Assembly (NCBI GenBank): GCA_964035545.1
Contig: CAXIUT010000152.1
Coordinates: 1-15,379, forward strand
Direction of reading: 5' to 3'
DNA length: 15,379 bases
From: Bugula neritina
Taxonomy: Eukaryota > Animalia > Bryozoa
The notes beneath the pieces were generated by a model. It saw only the letters and a program-made list of their open reading frames with translations. It was not told where the DNA came from and made no database searches. The position numbers and the translations under genes are program-made. Each line of letters starts with the position of its first letter. The stretch's first letter is position 1. This document shows, one piece after another, positions 12,548 to 15,379 of this stretch.

Positions 12548-13290
12548 TCATAAAGTATCACTAAATTCACTGCGAACAGCCTATAGAAATTTAGACATAT
12601 TCTACTTCTGTAACTTAAGAAATTTCATCTACTATTATCTCTTCTCTCCCTACATTGTCTTGTTCTCCCTGATCTATTTCTACATCAAATCTTTTTGACA
12701 CATCAATAAACTCTTCTTTCTCTCCAATTGTTCTTTTAATCTCCCCAAATTTTGATATTCTTCCTCAATAACATCACTTCCCTACTCTGATTCGACTTGT
12801 TTTCTCATACCATAAGTTATCGACGATTGATATATAGTCTAATAGGCAGCCAGAGTCATCTTATGTTCATCTCTGACTCGCATCAGAAGTAGTCCTCGTT
12901 CTGGACAATCAACGGCTACTTGTCGAATAATTTAATCTAGAACTTGACTATACAATTCTTCTCTGATAGGACATACTCCTGATAGTTTTGCTTATCTTTC
13001 TTAAAGTATTTTATCTAATCTTTAGATCAATTCGAGGACATCTTCTCTTGATGATGGTTGATGTGATACGTATTGGATATGTAGTTTGTTATTATGGTCA
13101 GTCCAGTCTCTGGGAGGGAGAATGGAGTCAATAATTTCTTGATAGATCAAGAGATACATTAAAGTTTGGGTGGAGATGATAATGCGACTTACTTTTTTGT
13201 TTTTTATTGATGGTAGTCTTTCATGTTTTGGTAGATTTCTACGCCTGGTTCGTATTTGATAAGAGATTATGCGGATAGAGTATTGTTCAT
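12548..13290 (-). CDS. DNALI1: Axonemal inner-arm dynein light intermediate chain p28 (DNALI1/IDA4 family), 240 aa; intron 13138-13157
   Basis: Motifs SLIKYEP, EEIIDSILPPRDW, GVCPIREELYSQVLDEIIRQV, CPERGLLLMRVRDE, YGMRK, EEEMKFLK. Confidence 0.92.
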
Positions 13291-13630
13291 TTTCTAAATT
13301 TAAATACTAAAAGGTGTCAATAGGATAATAGTAGTGATCAATAGTTATCAATTATATTTTGAATCATAGATATTCAATAATAATTTCATGGTTAATTCTG
13401 ACTGAAGTATTCAATAAAATATGATAATCGAAATGGATTAAAAAACTTGTAATTAGAATAGAAGTATGTTTTAGTTTATTTCATTGAATATTAAAAGAAT
13501 TTTATTCAGATAATCGAAATATATTGTCAATTGATCTACTTTATATCAAGTAGAATTATAGGGAAATATATTTGATATCATTTAAGATAAATATAAAAGA
13601 GCTAGAGTGTGTATTTATCATGGATGATTC

Positions 13631-13714
13631 GGGGTTGGGGTTGGGGTTGGGGTTGGGGTTGGGGTTGGGGTTGGGGTTGGGGTTGGGGTTGGGGTTGGGG
13701 TTGGGGTTGGGGTT
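13631..13714 (+). repeat. Internal telomeric tract (GGGGTT)14, 84 bp
   Basis: Perfect G4T2 repeats with the same polarity as the other two tracts. Confidence 0.97.
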
Positions 13715-13760
13715 TAAAAGGATATTTAAAGGCATTGATGTAACTATATTGTTGTTTTGA

Positions 13761-14324
13761 ATGTATGTATATAAGATAAGATTGATATAACTTTATAATA
13801 AGCTCTTTAGTTTTACAAGGCATGTGTGCCCCTACTATTACAAAATAAATGATCCTTCCAAAACTTATGATTCTAAAAAAAACTAATTCGCTTATGCCAA
13901 TTAATGCATTAAGTAGAGATATAATTTATATAATTTAAAAATACAATAAATGGTCAAACAGTTCAAGCCAAGCAAAAACGATTCAATTAGAATGGGAAAA
14001 AGTAAAAACAACAAATCAAATAAAATACACAAATACAGACCACTAATAAATGTCTATGAGCCTATGGAAATCTAAAATGAACCTATGGATATCTAATATT
14101 CTATTTAACAGCAGTTGACTCTACTTTTAACTAACGCCTTTGAAGAACTACTAAACTACTGTCTATCACTATTACTAAAATAGGTGCCATATTTTATCAA
14201 TATTATATTGTATGTATCTAAATCAAATAAAAAATGTTGTTAATTTTATATTTATCATTAAAATCGAATAAATGGGTAAACGACGATACTGCACTGGCAC
14301 TTGGTTTCCGGGTGGTCCTCATGA
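13761..14324 (+). CDS. Orphan ORF upstream of and overlapping rep (187 aa from ATG 13761, or 124 aa from ATG 13950)
   Basis: TGA-free frame containing a basic patch (RMGKSKNNKSNKIHKYRP) and a tandem EPMEIE-N-EPMDIE repeat. It overlaps rep by 53 nt. A one-stop code makes long chance ORFs more likely. Confidence 0.45.
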
Positions 14325-15219
14325 TTTATAGTAGTTTTTAAAACTATTTTATCCTACCTATTGCTCATGGATCTCAGGGGAACCAGAAACATGTCCTAAA
14401 ACATAAAGACTACATATACAATTTGTTATGTACAATAAAGAAGGATTATCCAAAAAGACTCTACATAATGTTCACAATAAATCTCATTTTTAAACTTATG
14501 AAGCCATTCAGCACTGGTAGAAATGGACCAACTATGGAAACAAATAGAAAAAAGGAATAGAGTTGGGAAGTAGACCTAAAAATCCTAACATTCCTTCATT
14601 TTATAACATGAAAACTTAAGAAATTTATAGCTTTTCAAGATAAAAAGCAAAGGAACTAACTCCTAATCAATATTTGATTTATAATAAAATAAGATAAGTG
14701 TTCCAGGAAGTAAATAAACCAGCAGAACCTCTAACTGAATGGAAACCTCCAAGATGGGATAAAACCATCTAGTTCATCACATAAAAACATAGAAATTTAT
14801 GGCTGTATGGACCAACTGGGTTCGGTAAAACCTACATGATGAAAGAACTAAGTAAGATCCATGTAGTTTATAAGTGGAATTTCTAACAAAATTCACTCTA
14901 CCAAAACCCTCCAGAGAACACTCAGATAATATGGATGTAAGAAGTACAAAAGGGCAAATCGATAACAAAGGGAAAGCTGAAGGAGTATGCTGATGATGCA
15001 AGTGGTTCAATAACATTAAATCCTAAATATAGGACTCCTTTGACAATACCTCGTCCTCTACTTGTAATAACTTCAAACTATCGTCCTGATGATCCTGAAG
15101 ATGGTCCATATTTTAAGAGTTGGGACGAGTCGATGGAAGAAAGATTTACTGTGATCAATGTTGAAGATTATGTTGAGAAGTATCAGATAAATGTTCCAAG
15201 AAAAAGCGTTATCAAGTGA
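14272..15219 (+). CDS. rep: CRESS DNA virus-type replication initiator Rep (HUH endonuclease + superfamily 3 helicase), 315 aa, intronless, table 30
   Basis: RCR motif I-like CTGTW. ETCPKTERL-HIQF (motif II, 14413). SHFE. YGNKE (motif III, 14533). Walker A LWLYGPTGFGKT (14809-14832). Walker B IIWMEE (14926-14943). Motif C VITSN (15064-15078). Arg-finger-like EERF. 13 in-frame TAA/TAG codons and no internal TGA. Confidence 0.93.
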
Positions 15220-15295
15220 TCTATTTCTATTAAAATATCTATGATATCACTATTTTGTATTTAATAGTTATTAATCATTTATAAAATAAGGAGAA

Positions 15296-15379
15296 GGGGT
15301 TGGGGTTGGGGTTGGGGTTGGGGTTGGGGTTGGGGTTGGGGTTGGGGTTGGGGTTGGGGTTGGGGGGGTTGGGGTTGGG
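15296..15379 (+). repeat. Terminal telomeric tract (GGGGTT)n, 84 bp to the window end, with one G7 variant
   Basis: G4T2 repeats with the correct polarity for a right-hand chromosome end, starting 76 bp after the rep stop codon. Confidence 0.97.

Larger units (their letters stand above)
13715..15295 (+). mobile_element. Telomere-bounded CRESS-type Rep-encoding unit (endogenous viral element, satellite/plasmid-like replicon or HUH transposon), 1581 bp
   Basis: The only recognisable gene between the two G4T2 tracts is an intact HUH+SF3 Rep. No capsid recognised. The element limits are inferred from the telomeric tracts. Confidence 0.65.

Noticed and set aside
13609-13619. GTGTATTTATC shared with 8177-8187 (and TGTATTTA at 15256) upstream of the telomere tracts
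   Set aside because: The distances to the tracts are inconsistent, one copy is inside a CDS, and the motif is AT-rich, so chance is likely.
13572-13823. ORF-track proteins with (GL)n and (PQ)n repeats
   Set aside because: They are stop-free readings of the G4T2/C4A2 tract with no other coding support.
14777-15016. 79-aa minus-strand ORF as a possible capsid or accessory gene
   Set aside because: It is the antisense shadow of the Rep helicase domain and has no capsid-like features.
14272-15219. Rep as a pseudogene full of stop codons
   Set aside because: All 13 interruptions are TAA/TAG, none is TGA, there is no frameshift, and several sit at conserved acidic positions.
15362-15368. G7 variant telomere repeat
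   Set aside because: It is a single homopolymer variant at the contig edge and cannot be told apart from sequencing error.
1-15379. CRISPR array, rRNA/tRNA genes or prokaryotic operon
   Set aside because: No repeat-spacer structure or recognisable structural RNA was seen. Introns, telomeres and a dynein subunit show the DNA is eukaryotic.

Overview
AT-rich ciliate nuclear DNA, probably macronuclear. The supplied standard-code ORF track is misleading. Genes read through TAA/TAG and stop only at TGA, and conserved motifs indicate TAA/TAG = Glu (peritrich code, NCBI table 30). Three Tetrahymena-type (GGGGTT)n tracts, all G-rich on the + strand (8299-8374, 13631-13714, 15296-15379), divide the window into three blocks. 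Block A (1-8298) holds a hypothetical gene, a secreted F5/8-C discoidin protein, an OSCA/TMEM63/TMC-like channel, a coiled-coil protein and a SulP/SLC26-STAS transporter. Block B (8375-13630) holds two hypothetical genes, an MBOAT DGAT1/SOAT acyltransferase and axonemal dynein light intermediate chain p28. All ten introns I could place are exactly 20 nt. Block C (13715-15295) is the highlight: a 1.58-kb unit between two same-polarity telomeric tracts. It encodes an intact 315-aa CRESS-DNA-virus-type Rep (HUH endonuclease + SF3 helicase) written in the host's TAR=Glu code, plus an overlapping orphan ORF and no recognisable capsid. The Rep is invisible in the standard-code ORF track. All translations were done by hand. 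Whether the telomere junctions are biological or assembly joins cannot be settled without reads.
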